Part shown: positions 38,961-51,821 of the stretch, piece by piece
Layout: every line of letters begins with the position of its first letter
Numbering within the stretch: position 1 is the stretch's first letter
NCBI RefSeq assembly: GCF_009914755.1
Contig: NC_060933.1
Length of the DNA stretch: 64,000 nucleotides
Strand: one strand, 5' to 3'
Source of the DNA: the human T2T-CHM13v2.0 reference genome, Homo sapiens
The notes under the pieces: model-generated
What the model saw: the letters and a program-made list of their open reading frames with translations, nothing else
Database searches by the model: none
What the model was told of the DNA's origin: nothing
Made by a program: the position numbers and the translations under genes

Positions 38961-39936
38961 TAACAAAGTTTCTGGGAAAGTCAACTATTTATTCTGGAAT
39001 ATATGCTTGGGGCATGAAGGTGGGCCATGGGAATCGTGGAGGTTTATCATTAATAGATTAATAGTTTTGGCTTTCTCATGTCCCCTTTCTACCAGAGAGC
39101 AATAATAATGCCTGCAAGGCATGTGGTTTGACTGCTACATAGACATATTCATCCTTATAGCGATTATCTTAGTAGAGCTCCATTAGGAAATTAAAACTGG
39201 GTGCTGATAAAACTGAGTAATTCAATGTGCCAGTCTGTTCCTTGTGCTTGTAGGGACCATCTGCAGTTCTGCAAAACAAGTGTGGGTTGTGGACAGGTGC
39301 TCTTTGAATGCAGGCTCATTATCATTTAAGCTCCGCAGAGGCAAATCCCATAGAAGCCCTAGAAGAGCAGCAAGCAGGTGTGCTGGCGCCATCTCCAGAG
39401 AACTCTGATGCCTCCCTCCTGAGAGGCCCAGTAACAGGACCACCAGGATGACTGGCATAAGGGACAGGAGAGGTGGGTCAATGAGCAGTGAGTTATAGTC
39501 TCCCTAGCTGAGGTTTTAGAATGAGCTTGGGAGTTTTATTCTTACAAATATATTTTCTTCATCACTCTTTGAACTTAGTCCTAATGCAATGACGGGTAAG
39601 TGGTTGCCATCAGCAACTTCAAAATTAATTTACTCCTTTGGCGATGAAATCAATTCTTAGAAATTTTGCCAAAGTTAGCAGTGACTTATGTTCACCTGGT
39701 AGTCTTTAAATTGCCTGTTGTATTTTAATATTTTCTAATAGTGTTCATTGCATGTTTAAGCTTAACTAGAGATGTTTGTAACTTCTGTACATCACTTGAT
39801 ATAAAAAGGAACTGCTACATTTATCTGAAGCTATACAGTAGCAGAGGACAGGAAAGAATTCAGAATTTCTGACTCCTGTAATTGAATTCTATTTTTCTGG
39901 TGGTTTTTATTTTTAAAGTATTTTCACATACCCCAT

Positions 39937-40353
39937 CTGTCCTGTATATTTCCATTTGCTCCTCTCAGTTCATTCTTTTCATTCATCTGGCTCTGTGTCC
40001 TGGAAGATTAATCTACAGGGCCATATTGTTGGGCTTCCTGGTCTTCTGGCTTCCTGTTGAGTTCAACCCCTAGGGAACACAGTAGGAGCAGAGAGAGGGA
40101 GTGCTTGCCAAAGACCCTACCTGTACCCCTCAGAGGAAGGCCAGAGCTCCTGGGAATGGCCCGTTCTCTCCACAAAGCTTTCTGTCTCTGTGTTACAGTA
40201 CCCATTCTCTCCTCTCACCCGTCTGGATGGTAACATTTCACTACCACTTGGTCTTTCTACTCCTCTCCCCTTTGCAAATAGACTGCTTACTAAATTCTCC
40301 CCAAATTCCTCATTGGAGCATGCTATTTGTTCATCTCTGAGACCCTGACAGAG
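39937..40353 (+). mobile_element. LTR33-like ERVL solo LTR
   Basis: tttccatttgctcctc...gctctgtgtcctggaag...ttctggcttcctgttgagttca; end tggagcatgctatttgtt...gaccctgac. Confidence 0.75.
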
Positions 40354-40394
40354 CAACCATCTCATTTGATGTTTATGCCGAATCTATAAAATAT

Positions 40395-40520
40395 TTGTCC
40401 CATTTTGTAATGGAAGGATTTGATACATAGAAAATGAAATTACTTGCTTAAAGTCGCACAGCTGGTCAGTCAGTGGTTAGAATTCAGCAATTTTGACTCT
40501 TATTACAATGTTCCTTCCAC
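40395..40520 (-). mobile_element. MIR fragment
   Basis: cccattttgta...acttgcttaaagtcgcacagctggtcagt...tgactc. Confidence 0.55.
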
Positions 40521-41623
40521 ACCCTGACACTGCCTCCACTTTCTACAATTATTTAATCATGTTAACTACGTTATATTGAATAAATGTTTAACTCATTATC
40601 ACCTTCTATTATCTTTTCCAAGTAAAGATCAGGCATTGAAAGGGAGCCCCTTTAAATTAAAATTATTGATGAAAATCATTGATGGTAATGTGGATGTTAA
40701 TCATAGTAATTTTTAAAGACCGAATGTTTTCTAATGGCATAATTAACAGTCACAGGAGATCATCCCAATATGGGTCTCTTCAAATATCTCTATGTTCAGA
40801 GTTTAGTACATCAGGCATTCACAAACTTTGTATGTTATTAAAAAATAATTGGCCTAATAATTTGGTCACACATTTTGAATAAACAGTTGACTCATCCATC
40901 CTCAGAGAGAGGAAGGCTTGAGACTGCCAGTTCTTGGGTAGAAAATCATTATGGTTTGGACAGTAACATAACCGATTATAAAAACTACTAACTTGGCCAG
41001 TTGTACTTAGTGATCCGAATTAAGCAAAAATGATTTCCTCTTACACGTAATACCTCAGTACATGTTTTGTGAGGTTTTCTCATGTGATCATTCATCCAGA
41101 GATGTTTAGGTATTTTCCCCCTTCTAGGAGCAGATGTTCTGTGAATGGAGGCACACTTCTTCTAAGATCAATTCTTTTATTATTAAAGTGATAACTTGGC
41201 AACACAGCCAAATGTCTGATAAACGAATGGATGGAGCATTTCCCTTCTTTCATTACAGATCCATATTATACGTCAACATTTAAAAAAGTTAAATAAAGTG
41301 AAGTATTGGGAAAGGGAACATCTCACTCTGATAGATTTGAATTTGCTATTTCTGCTCTGTGACAAAACCCTGAGTTGATATGTGATCAGACATTTACAAG
41401 GCCCTGCATTCTACCTGGTAATGGCTATAGTGGTGTTGAGCTGCTGTGAGATGATTTACTGCAATTTGTCACTTTTTGAAACTGTTCCAAAATAGTCTGC
41501 TGACATGTACTAAAGAGCTTTCAATAAAATCCGAAATAGTTCATTTTTTTATGTCAACTGGAAACATTAAGTGGTACCTAAAATCATTTAAAGATTTATT
41601 GAAGTGATTGAAAACATTCTTTA

Positions 41624-41971
<348 letters not shown>

Positions 41972-43466
41972 TCTTTAATGGCAATTTGGCATACCGCAAA
42001 AGCAATATTGTTATTAAAATTAGGAGAAAATATTTTAATTGCATCTTTAAAGTATTTATATCATGTTTTAGTCTAACTGCATCACCTCACCACTTGGGAA
42101 ATGTATCAGTTTAAAGGTATTCTGAAAGTTATTAAGCAACTTTTAAACAAATATCAGCAAAGTAAAGGGGATAGTTGTGATTTGCATAATTTAATATCAT
42201 TGAAAATCATAGGCCTGATAACTTAAATTCTAGAACATACACTAGTGTAATTAGGTTAAAGTTGTGGCTTATATACTGTTTTTCCTTAAGAATCTAAGTA
42301 TGTGTTGCTAGGCAGCAAAATCTATCTTGGCCACTGTGAATCACTTTCTAATTTATTTAACATGCAACTTAGCTAAACCAGATAATTTATGTGTACTATT
42401 AAATATTACTAGAAGTTTCCTAAATTTATCTTTGGGACCACTGCTACTAGAAAGATCAGTATTTCATAGCAGGTTTAAGCTGCCATCAAAAAATTTCCTT
42501 TGATTATTGCTTATAATTATTCTCCTTAGGGGAAAAAAAGAAAAGTATATTGTATATCTTTAAGTTTAGATATTGAGTGTCCTTTTAATTTAGAATATAT
42601 ACTATGAGATTCTTTTTTTATTAGTCAAGAATACCTGGTCATCACAATGCTTTAATTTCTAAGTTAAATATAAGAATAAAAAGATATAAACTAAACTCTA
42701 ACATACCCCCTCCTCACCCCCAACCCGAATTTTAAAAAGCTGCTAGGCCAATAATAACAGGAATCTGTTTTCTTGGAGTGGATCTAAGAAGGAAATAAGG
42801 TAAAGATAAAATTGTCCTCATGTCTAAGCTGGGCTACATGGAGTGAGCTGGCTTTGCCCTGTGTAGAAGCAAGGAGGGAACACAGTAGAATAGAACTGGA
42901 TCTTGGTCAGAGATTGGGACTATGGCCATATACTTTTTCCTTGTTCAAATTCATAGGATGTTCTAGTACCTGACTACGATTCCCTCAGGCAAAAGATACC
43001 TGACAATGGAAACCTGCAACAATCAAATCACATCGAAGGAAAGGTAATTAACATAGGCACGTATCATCAACCAATGCAGCCCAAGGAAAAACACTCTAAC
43101 TGAAGATGTCCTTCATGAAGAACGGGAAACAAGTGCCTGATGGCGCTTTGACCTAACTACTTCTTTGTCCACTCCACCCACTCAACAGACTCTCCTTGTA
43201 AAAATTACACTTATGAGTGTTCAGTGACATCAGACCACAAATGTGACTTCAAATGGGGTTTTGATACACATTTTCCACTGTGATAATTTCTCATGCTGAA
43301 CAGAAGTGATCCAGAATATCATGCCTGTAGAATTCTATGATTTAGATTGTTTATTCGTTAGTACCTGTATTAAACACTGCTGTGCATGGCTAAAAGTAAA
43401 TTTGTTATTTTTTTTTTAAATTTAATTCTACTGTCAAGCTCAATTACATATTTGGTTGTAGTAAGT

Positions 43467-43650
43467 CAGTGTTTCTCAAAGTGTGATTTATGGGCCAGAT
43501 ATGTCAAAATTTACATAGGGTATCATTTTAAATGCAAAATTTGGGGCCCTAGACTTCTTCAATTAGGGTCTCTGATGTGAGGCTCAGGAGTCTGCCTTTT
43601 AATAAAAACCCCAGGTTATTCTTATGTACACTAAAATTTGAGCACCAGTG
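43467..43650. mobile_element. MER5A-family element
   Basis: cagtgtttctcaaagtgtg ... ccccaggttattcttatgtacactaaaatttgagcacc. Confidence 0.8.
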
Positions 43651-44616
43651 TAATAGGATTTTGTGGTGGTTGTCGTTTTTCTTTTTTTGATTAGGGCTTA
43701 TAGTCACCATGAACAGAGCCTCACAACTAATTTATTTCACAGCTCGAAGGGACCTTGGAGATTATTGCATTCAATAGCTACCTGATTAAATGAAGATGTG
43801 TTTGAAGTTCCAAAAATATTTGATTATTTCAATGAGAGGCCAGCCTTAGAGACTATTTCTGACATAAGTAAAAACAATAATAACTGTCATTTATAAGGGA
43901 TCAGAAATATGCTTGGCAAGTAACATGACATTTTTACCAATAAAAATGACCCTCAGACATAGAAAGGTAATTTAGGAAACATAGTTTATAAATAGGTGGA
44001 CCATTTCTACTAGTGCTTACTAACTCCAGGTGGCCTTTAGAACAACAATAACTAAACACACGTGGAGCAGCTGCAGTGATAATAAGGTCACCCAAAACAT
44101 TTGACTTGACTTTTTAAAAACATTTTCTGATTGATTCTTAAAAATGGACAGATTTTGAAATTCTTGAACCCAGTGTGTGTATATAGATAGACTTTAACTA
44201 CCACCAAATTGGAATAATAAGTTAGTACATTACAAGTATGAGATTAGACCTGTTAAAAGGAATGATTCTTATTTTATATGATTTGATCATATAAATTTCA
44301 AAACTGGTTTACCAATCTGAGAAGTAGTCTCAGATTCTGTTATTTGCAGAGTCCTAAAAACCTGAATAATGATAAACAATCCAATCCATTAATTGGCAAA
44401 ACTATTCTTTGGAGTAATCACAGTGACTCTGGAACTCCCAATTTGTTCTTTTTGCAGTAAAAATGAGTTTCCTGGGGTGGGGGAGGGGATTAATACTGTT
44501 ATTCTTTTTTTAAAATTTTTATTCTATTTATTTATTTATTTTAGTGTGAGGCCCTTATTTGGCACTTACCATAAATTTTACTACTGAAGCTTCTACTTAT
44601 TCTCTCCTTCTAAGTC

Positions 44617-44906
44617 CAGTGTTGGCAAACTACACTAGGACCTGCCAGTTAAGAATGTTTTTTACATTTAAAAAGTGATTAAAAAATAATATGTTGTATC
44701 ATGTAAAAATTATATGAAATTCAAATTTTAATGTCCATGAATAAAGCTTTCTTGGAACACAGCCATAATTATTTGTTTACCTATTGTCTATGGATGCTTT
44801 CAAGTTACAATTGCAGAGTTGAGCAATTGCTTGCCACAGAGACCATATGTCCCACAAAGTCTAAATTATTTACTATTTGGCCCTTTATAGAAAATGTTTG
44901 AGACCC
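44617..44906. mobile_element. MER58B-like element
   Basis: cagtgttggcaaactac...ttggaacacagccat...tatttactatttggccctttatagaaaa. Confidence 0.85.
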
Positions 44907-44935
44907 TCCCCCCTCTCCCTGCTTCCCTTCTACAG

Positions 44936-45139
44936 TAGTGGTTTTCAAAGTCTTTTTCCCAAATCTGGAATATCAATCAGCATCACTAGGAAATTTCTTG
45001 CTAGAAACTTTGGCCTCACCCTCTATATTCAGAATCAGAAATTATGGAGGAAGGCAGTTGTGGAAGGTGGACTCAGCAATTGGTGCTTTACTAAGCTTTT
45101 CAGCTGAGTCTGATGCATGCTCCAGCTTGAGAACCACTA
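44936..45139. mobile_element. MER5A element
   Basis: agtggttttcaaagt...atcagcatcac...aatcagaaa...tctgatgcatgctccagcttgagaaccact. Confidence 0.75.
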
Positions 45140-46219
45140 TCACCTGGAGGGCTTGTTTTAGGAATGCAATAAGCAAAAATGATTTGAAAATATAGGTTAA
45201 TACGCATATGGAAGCATTATGATTTATTTAGCTTTTGTATTGCATTTGCAAGAAAAACATACAAAAATAAAGAAGAAAATTACGAGCACTGGTGACTACC
45301 CTTTGTTTCCAGAGAGAAAGTTTTTGCTAGAGAAAAAAAAATTGCATGTTTTACTTTAGAGGTTACTTTAATTTTAATAGGCTTTATGAAATTACTTCAA
45401 AGTAGCTTTGATAAATCAGAAAAATGACATGGCAACCTTTTTTTGGAAGCTGAATCTCAGTGGTACTTAAGAAGGCTTATCACTTGGTTTATACAGAAGA
45501 AAATATAGTATGTTTCAATTATTTATATACAAAGTTAAAAACCCAACCTGTAATTATATGTGGAAATAAAATTGACTTCAGCAGACGGAAAGAAAAAAAA
45601 TACAGCTTCTTTTTGTAGATGAGTCTAATCCTGATATCCTGTCATTTGATACATACGTGTCATGAACACCAAGTACTCACCCCCATATGGCTGACATTTT
45701 TGCATCTACTATTGAAGATGAGACTGCTTGGTCCCCATCAGAACCGAAACTGTGAGGACAGATGAGGATGAAAGGAGGCATAAAAACTAATCATTTAAAA
45801 ATAAAATATAATAGAATAATCCACTCTAAGTGAAGCTATTGCTTTAGAAAGCCCACTAAAGAAAACCCTTTAATGGCTTTTAACATTCCACTCTAAGACA
45901 ACGAATAGCTCAATGTACCATTGCATTCTCATTCAGTGATATTTATTTCAGGATATTAATGAATATTTAATTTTAGTACTATTTACCAGTACAATAAAAC
46001 CTAAGGTAATAAAAACAAGAAAATGATATGGTTACAAAAGCTAGAACAAAATGGTGCAGTTACAAATAAAGATTGTAACTGAGAGGTATGGTCTTAGTAG
46101 GCTAATACTGCCTTTGGAGACAGTAAGCAAATCTGACAATGGATTTGGTTTTCCAAAGAGCATTGTAAACTTATAATGAAGAACTTTATTTTCAGTTAGG
46201 AGACATGGAAAGATTGTCT

Positions 46220-46480
46220 TGGAGTAGTTAAGAGTTCAGCTTCCGCAGTCTGACTGTTTAGGTTAGAGTCCTAGCATCATCTGGATAACCTTGAGCAAGG
46301 TATAAAATTATCGCTCACCTCAGGTTCATGTCTATCTATCAGATAAAGAATAATAACATTATCTACCTCGTAGCCTTACTGCAAGGATGACATGAGATAA
46401 TCCACATAAGGCTTGTAGCCCTAAAACTTGGCACATAGTACACACTGAAAAGTGTTAGCTATTGTTATTGCCATTATTAA
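46220..46480 (+). mobile_element. MIR SINE, near full length
   Basis: gtagttaagag...tctgactgtttaggttagagtcctagc...accttgagcaag...atctacctc...tggcacatagta...tgttagctattgttatt. Confidence 0.75.
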
Positions 46481-47439
46481 TTATTTATCATATATTTGCA
46501 ATGTAGTGGTGGTGGTAAGGCAACAAAGATATGCAGAGGAAGATGATTCAGTTTGCCAACAAACTCAGAGCTCTCTCATAAATCAGATCAGATTATTCAC
46601 TAGACTTGCCTTCTGGATCAGCTTCGAAAGAATTTATTGGTGGTGTTCTGTAGAAGCCATTTTAGCAACGCATGCATGGTGACTCCACAAAGTTCACAGG
46701 TTCCCTGGCAATCAGCTTCAGCAACATGTTCATGAAAGACTGAAATCACCCAGATAAAAAAATCCCGGCTTCATCCCAATCCAAGTAGGTGATAACAACT
46801 TTCACTTTTCTATGAAAAGTAAAGTTATCTCACTTAGATTCTTTGCTAGAATTTCCAAATGAAAACATAGTCAATAAAGGCATTCTTGTCTTTATGCCTT
46901 GGCCTGTAAATTTCAAGTCTGTTTCCACCTTGGGGTGACAGGCATTTGGATGCTGGCAGCTGCCTGGCTGTACTGTTCCTTCATGAGGGCGTATCACTGA
47001 GGCAACTCCAATGCCTGACCTTAGTCTGCATGTATGAGATAGTCTTTCCATTTAAGTACCTGAGGACTTAGAGCTTAGTATAAAAAAGTAAACTCTGGTA
47101 AAACTAAGTACAGGTAGTCCAGTATACATGAAGACCCATTTTACAAACACAAGTGACAATATCTTGCTTTGGAAGAAGTGCTGCTGCCCATCACCTAAGC
47201 AATTGTCACCGGAGTCCCTAACATGTGACGCTATTGAAATTACAGATCCAGAAAGCTGCCTTGTTTTTTGAAAACTTAAAAGGTTGCTTTCTGTAATGCC
47301 TAGCCATAAGAAATTATTCTAACCATGGACATGTCTTGTTATGTGCTTTTTACCATCAGAGGGTGATATTAGTGTTCCAGGGAGTATGTATGAGAAACCA
47401 CAATATAATCATTCTGCATCTTCCAAAAGTCTCAATATA

Positions 47440-47553
47440 AATGCAGCAAATATTTACTAAGGATACGTGCTTTGTGCTAGCGTAGGGTTGGGGGATATAG
47501 TGATAAATAGTATAAGCACAGTCTTTTACATCATGGAGCTTTCATCATCTAAT
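47440..47553 (-). mobile_element. L2 3' end
   Basis: cagcaaatatttacta...tgtgctag...ggggatatagtgataaa...tcatggagctt. Confidence 0.6.
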
Positions 47554-47559
47554 TGAAAC

Positions 47560-47652
47560 TATATATAAAAATACATAATATATTATATATAATATATATG
47601 TATGTAACATATTATATATATAATATATACTATATATATATGTATATATATA
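47560..47652. repeat. Interrupted (TA)n at the Alu tail/TSD junction
   Basis: Seen directly. Confidence 0.9.
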
Positions 47653-47923
47653 TTTTTTTGAGATGGAGTCTTGCTATGTCACCCAGACTGGAGTGCAATG
47701 GTGTGATTTCAGCTCAGCAAACTCCGCCTTCTGGGTTCAAGTGATTCTCCTGCCTCAGCCTCTGGGATTACAGGTGCCTGCCCCCATGCCCAGCTAATTT
47801 TTGTATTTTCAGTACAGACGGAGTTTCACTGGCCGGGCTGGTCTCAAACTCCTGACCTCAGGCCATCCACCTGCCTCAGCCTCCCAAAGGGCTGGGATTA
47901 CAGGCATGAGCCAACAACCGGCC
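47653..47923 (-). mobile_element. Alu SINE, AluSq/Sp-like, with small internal deletions
   Basis: gagtgcaatggtgtgat; TSD tgaaactatat at 47554-47564 / 47924-47934. Confidence 0.95.
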
Positions 47924-48925
47924 TGAAACTATATTTTTATAGGAAAACAAACACTGGCAAATATGCTATGACATAAGGTAAAACTTTTGGATGCGTGTGT
48001 TTGATAAAACAAGTAAGTTCAGTTAAATTTTCCTTGGGGCGGCCTGTTGATGCCCCTCTGCCACAGAGATACTTTAGTGGAAGAAAAGCAAAGATTTTTG
48101 AGATAGAAGTACCTGCTGAATACACTTTGCACACAAGATCGTGGGAGTCCACATTTTAAATGTTACCACTAGACTAATACTTTACCTCTATGCAGCCATT
48201 ATAATTAAATATTTCCTCCCAATTCAAAGATAATTACCATATATTTAGGGGTAGGAATGGCTCTAGCCTCCATTCCCATCATCCCCTTCAAACTTTCTTA
48301 CTCTCTCTTGCACTTTTACCTCGGATCTCAATGAATTCTAGTCCTTCAGAATGACAATTGTTTTGGGGAGTCTGAGGTTTTTGTTTGGGCATCTCCTGCT
48401 CCTACTGTTTCTGCTTTCCCTCCCTCATGCCGGACTTAGCAAATCAAAAGCAATGATATTGCACATCCTTTAGCTTCCCAGGTTTCCCAGATCCCAGGAA
48501 CTCAACCTGGGTCACAGATCACATAATCAGACACAGAGGTGTTGAGATCCCTATTTCTAAGTGGGAGTGGACTCCTGATGTCCCCCAGGCTGCAGGCAGG
48601 CGTCTGGGGATGGGTGCAAGACATCTCACAAATGAAATTGGACTTGAAGTTCTGAAGAATTGGGGATGAAAGAGTTAAACATGTTTAAATGAGATAGAAT
48701 TTAAAAATTTGAAATGGTTGAATACCAACTAGGAAACTTTACGAAAAATATTCTCTATTTTTATTTTCTTTGAGAAACCCATCTTGGAAGATTAATTTTA
48801 GAGGCTATTGTAGACTACGTTTTTAATGCAAAATGCTCCGGTTGTTGATGAGACAGGTTTTGTTTTTCAGTTCATCAGCAAGATGGCACTTTGATAAATC
48901 ACAGATTGCTCAGTGCCTAAAGAGG

Positions 48926-49072
48926 CACATTGTGACAGTTTTCATCACAATGTGATATAAAGAGGCAAATGAAGCAGTGCTCCAGATCACGCCTGGGCCA
49001 GTTAGGTGATAGCACCCACTGTGTCGTTAAGAACCAGGAGGGTCTGTCATTTCTAACAATGTGTTCATTGTT
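48926..49072. promoter_or_regulatory. Candidate SOX (SOXE-dimer) enhancer
   Basis: AACAATG-tgtt-CATTGTT at 49055-49072 and CACATTGTGA-N9-TCACAATGTG at 48926-48954, in non-repeat sequence. Confidence 0.45.
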
Positions 49073-49083
49073 TTCTGACCTAC

Positions 49084-49186
49084 CTGTGAGAGTAACTTTT
49101 TCAATCACTTAGGGACTGAATTTGATTTGGAGTTTGTTGCTTATAAATAGTTAGATGAGTGAGAGTAACACAGATAGCAGAGACCT
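49084..49186 (-). other. Candidate non-coding exon (103 nt)
   Basis: Minus-strand acceptor tttatttctttttacag| and donor CAG|GTAGGT; all three frames contain stops. Confidence 0.35.
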
Positions 49187-51054
49187 CTGTAAAAAGAAAT
49201 AAACTGGATTTTGTTCTTTTCTGTCTTGATAACTGAGTTGGAATCTTCTGTGTCATTGCATTGGGTACGAATGAAGAGCTGGTCACTGGTTCACCCTTGC
49301 ACATTTGCATGCACTGGCTAATACTAACTAGCTCCATGTCTAATCCTTTAACCAAGCTTTCTGGCAAATCAGAGCCATGGCATTTTTCATAGGCATCTGA
49401 TTTGAATGCACATGTAGAGACATTACCCGTGACTTCAAATTTCTCATCCTGATGCTCTGCTTATTTTCAGAATATATGTAATACAACATTCTGCCCTGTA
49501 TACCCAGGTAAAATTTTCCCTTATTCCATCACTGAAAGTAAATTCTAAAGGAAATATTGAACACTTTCACTCCTTGATTTGTTTTTAAGTCTCAAGGGGG
49601 AAATTATGATGTTCACACACAGGTTAAAGCAGACTGTAGGATCCTAATAGTAATAACTATACAAGATTAATGGTAAAGACAAATATGTAAGAAAGAATTC
49701 AGGAAAAAAAGAAAACGAAGTTGTCAACCAACTTTATCATTGGGTGGTGGAGGTAGGGCTATAAATGGTGCCAAATGAATTGCTTGACTGTAATTTTCAC
49801 CTTTCGAATATTGCTGTGGCGCTGTAGAGGCTAGTCCAAAAGAGGCTGATCTCATTTGTCACCCAGTGGTTTCTTTTGGGCCTTGGGCAAATGGGCCAAC
49901 ACTTATTTTCAAGGCTGACCTCATCTTTTCTGGCTGTTGAGTAGACTTTGCACTTCAGTTGATGAGGGCATATGAGAAATGAACCAGATAAATTGCTTGA
50001 TTAGAATCTTCGTGAACCAGAACCGATGAGAGGGGCACACATTTACTTGTGAATTAAGAATCAAATGTATCTTTCTTTGGCCCAGTACTGACACACATTT
50101 ACATCCTCCCCACTGTGTGTTGTTCACTAGTAGCAAACCCTGGCTATTCCTTATTTTAGAATTTTCTCACCACTATGTGCTGCTTGACTATTGGCCATGC
50201 TTCTCTTGCAATTCTCATGTTAGTCTATAAATGACATTCTGGTTAGGAGGGGCACTGACCCTCCTCCTGTGCGTTCACGAAATGTGAAGGAGGGAATTAA
50301 ACCTGTAACTCAGCCAGTTTTAAAGTAAGCTTGATTATTATTTCTTCAATAGCATCAGCTTCTATAACCATAATAAACAAACAAACAAGTAAATATAAAT
50401 TCTCTTTAACTGCTAAATGGATGGAAAATAGACTGACTCTTTAGTTTTTAAAAGGTAGTTATAGTTAGCCAAGATGGAATCAGCTTACATTCTTGGCGCT
50501 GTATACGATATAACAGGTCTGTGTGTGCCTGAGTATATGTGTGTGAGGATGTATGTTCTGAGAGTGTTAAGGTGATAAATAACATATTTTTTCTTCTCAA
50601 ATGTGACATGGCTTGGAATTAAACATTTACATAAAAATTATGAAATTTATAAAATGTGAGAGGTCAATTTCTCCATATGCCATAAGGTACAGAAATTAAT
50701 GTCAATTTTGTCAGTTATGTGTGATTTATTTAACTTATTAATGGTAAACAGTGATATTAACTATACATTTAAAGATGTGTATTTTGTTAACTTTAGCTAA
50801 AGTGTCTAGGTCTCTACAAAACACGTCTTTCTAATATGAAATATATTTGGTAAATAGGTGGCAAATTTCAAATACACTTTTCTAGCCAATTACCTTGTAG
50901 AAAAATCAACATTCATCTACTGCAGTGTTCCACAGCCAAAATCCAATAAAATTTGGGGTAGAGGAGACATAAATTTGTCTCCTCAGACCAGACCTTCTGA
51001 TATTTTAAGGGACCAGGAACTATTAAAAAGTATCTGATTTAGGTTGTTAACTAG

Positions 51055-51821
51055 TGAGGCAGATGGTGTTATTGTTCTGCAAATATTCACTACTCCCACT
51101 TGCATTCTTCCTGGAGGAATATACTTCCCTGCCCTGTTGACATTGAAGATAGCATCACGTATTTTGGCCAGTGGAATGTGAGTAGACGTGATCTAGTAAC
51201 ATCCAAGGAGAATTTTGTGGTGCTTGATTTGTCTGCTTGCACTCTTACTGTCATCCATGAGAAATGTATGATCCTGGGAGCTGCAACTCCGTCAGACCAA
51301 AAGAAAGACCTAAACCTGATGTTGAGCCTGGAACATTAATGCCACAATGAATTACAGACTTGTGAATGAGAAAAAAATATGTTTATAGTAATAAGCTGAG
51401 ATTCTGTGGTTGTTTGTTACCGTCTTAGTCTGTTTAGGTTGCCATAACAAAATACCACGGAGTTGGTGGCTTAAACCACAAGCATTTGTTTTCTCACACT
51501 TTTTGAGGTAGAAAAGTCCAAGAGAAAGTTGCTGAAAGGGTTTGGTTCCTGGTGTAGGCTCTCTTTCTGGCTTGCAGAGGGCTGTCTTCTCTCTGTGTCT
51601 TCCCAAAACAGGGAGAGAGAGAGAGCAAGTGCTAGCCTTCTGGTCTCTTTTCTCATAAAGATATGAACCTATTGAATCAAGGCTCCACCATTACGACCTC
51701 ATTTAATCCAAATTATTTATATAAAGGACTTATCCCCAAATTATTACATGAATTTTAATGGGACCAAAACTTCAGTCGATAGTAGTTATAAAACATTATT
51801 GTAGCATAACCTCACTGATAT
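51055..51821 (+). mobile_element. MLT1I-like MaLR LTR, interrupted
   Basis: tgaggcagat...caaatattcact...ttggccagtggaatgtgagtagacgtga...ctgagattctgtggttgtttgttac[insert]...cattattgtagca...ctgatata. Confidence 0.75.
51421..51784 (-). mobile_element. MLT1A-like MaLR LTR nested in MLT1I
   Basis: gtcttagtctgtttaggttgccataacaaaatacca...ggtggcttaaac...gacctcatttaatc; 5-bp TSD gttac/gttat (51416-51420 / 51785-51789). Confidence 0.85.

Noticed and set aside
39380-39400. CTCF-like AGATGGCGC on the minus strand (also AAGATGGCAC near 48880)
   Set aside because: Only the 3' half of the CTCF core matches.
41170-41510. Unique-looking stretch reminiscent of a 3' UTR, retrocopy fragment or small RNA
   Set aside because: No TSD, poly(A) tail, ORF or convincing C/D or H/ACA box arrangement found; cannot be assigned without BLAST.
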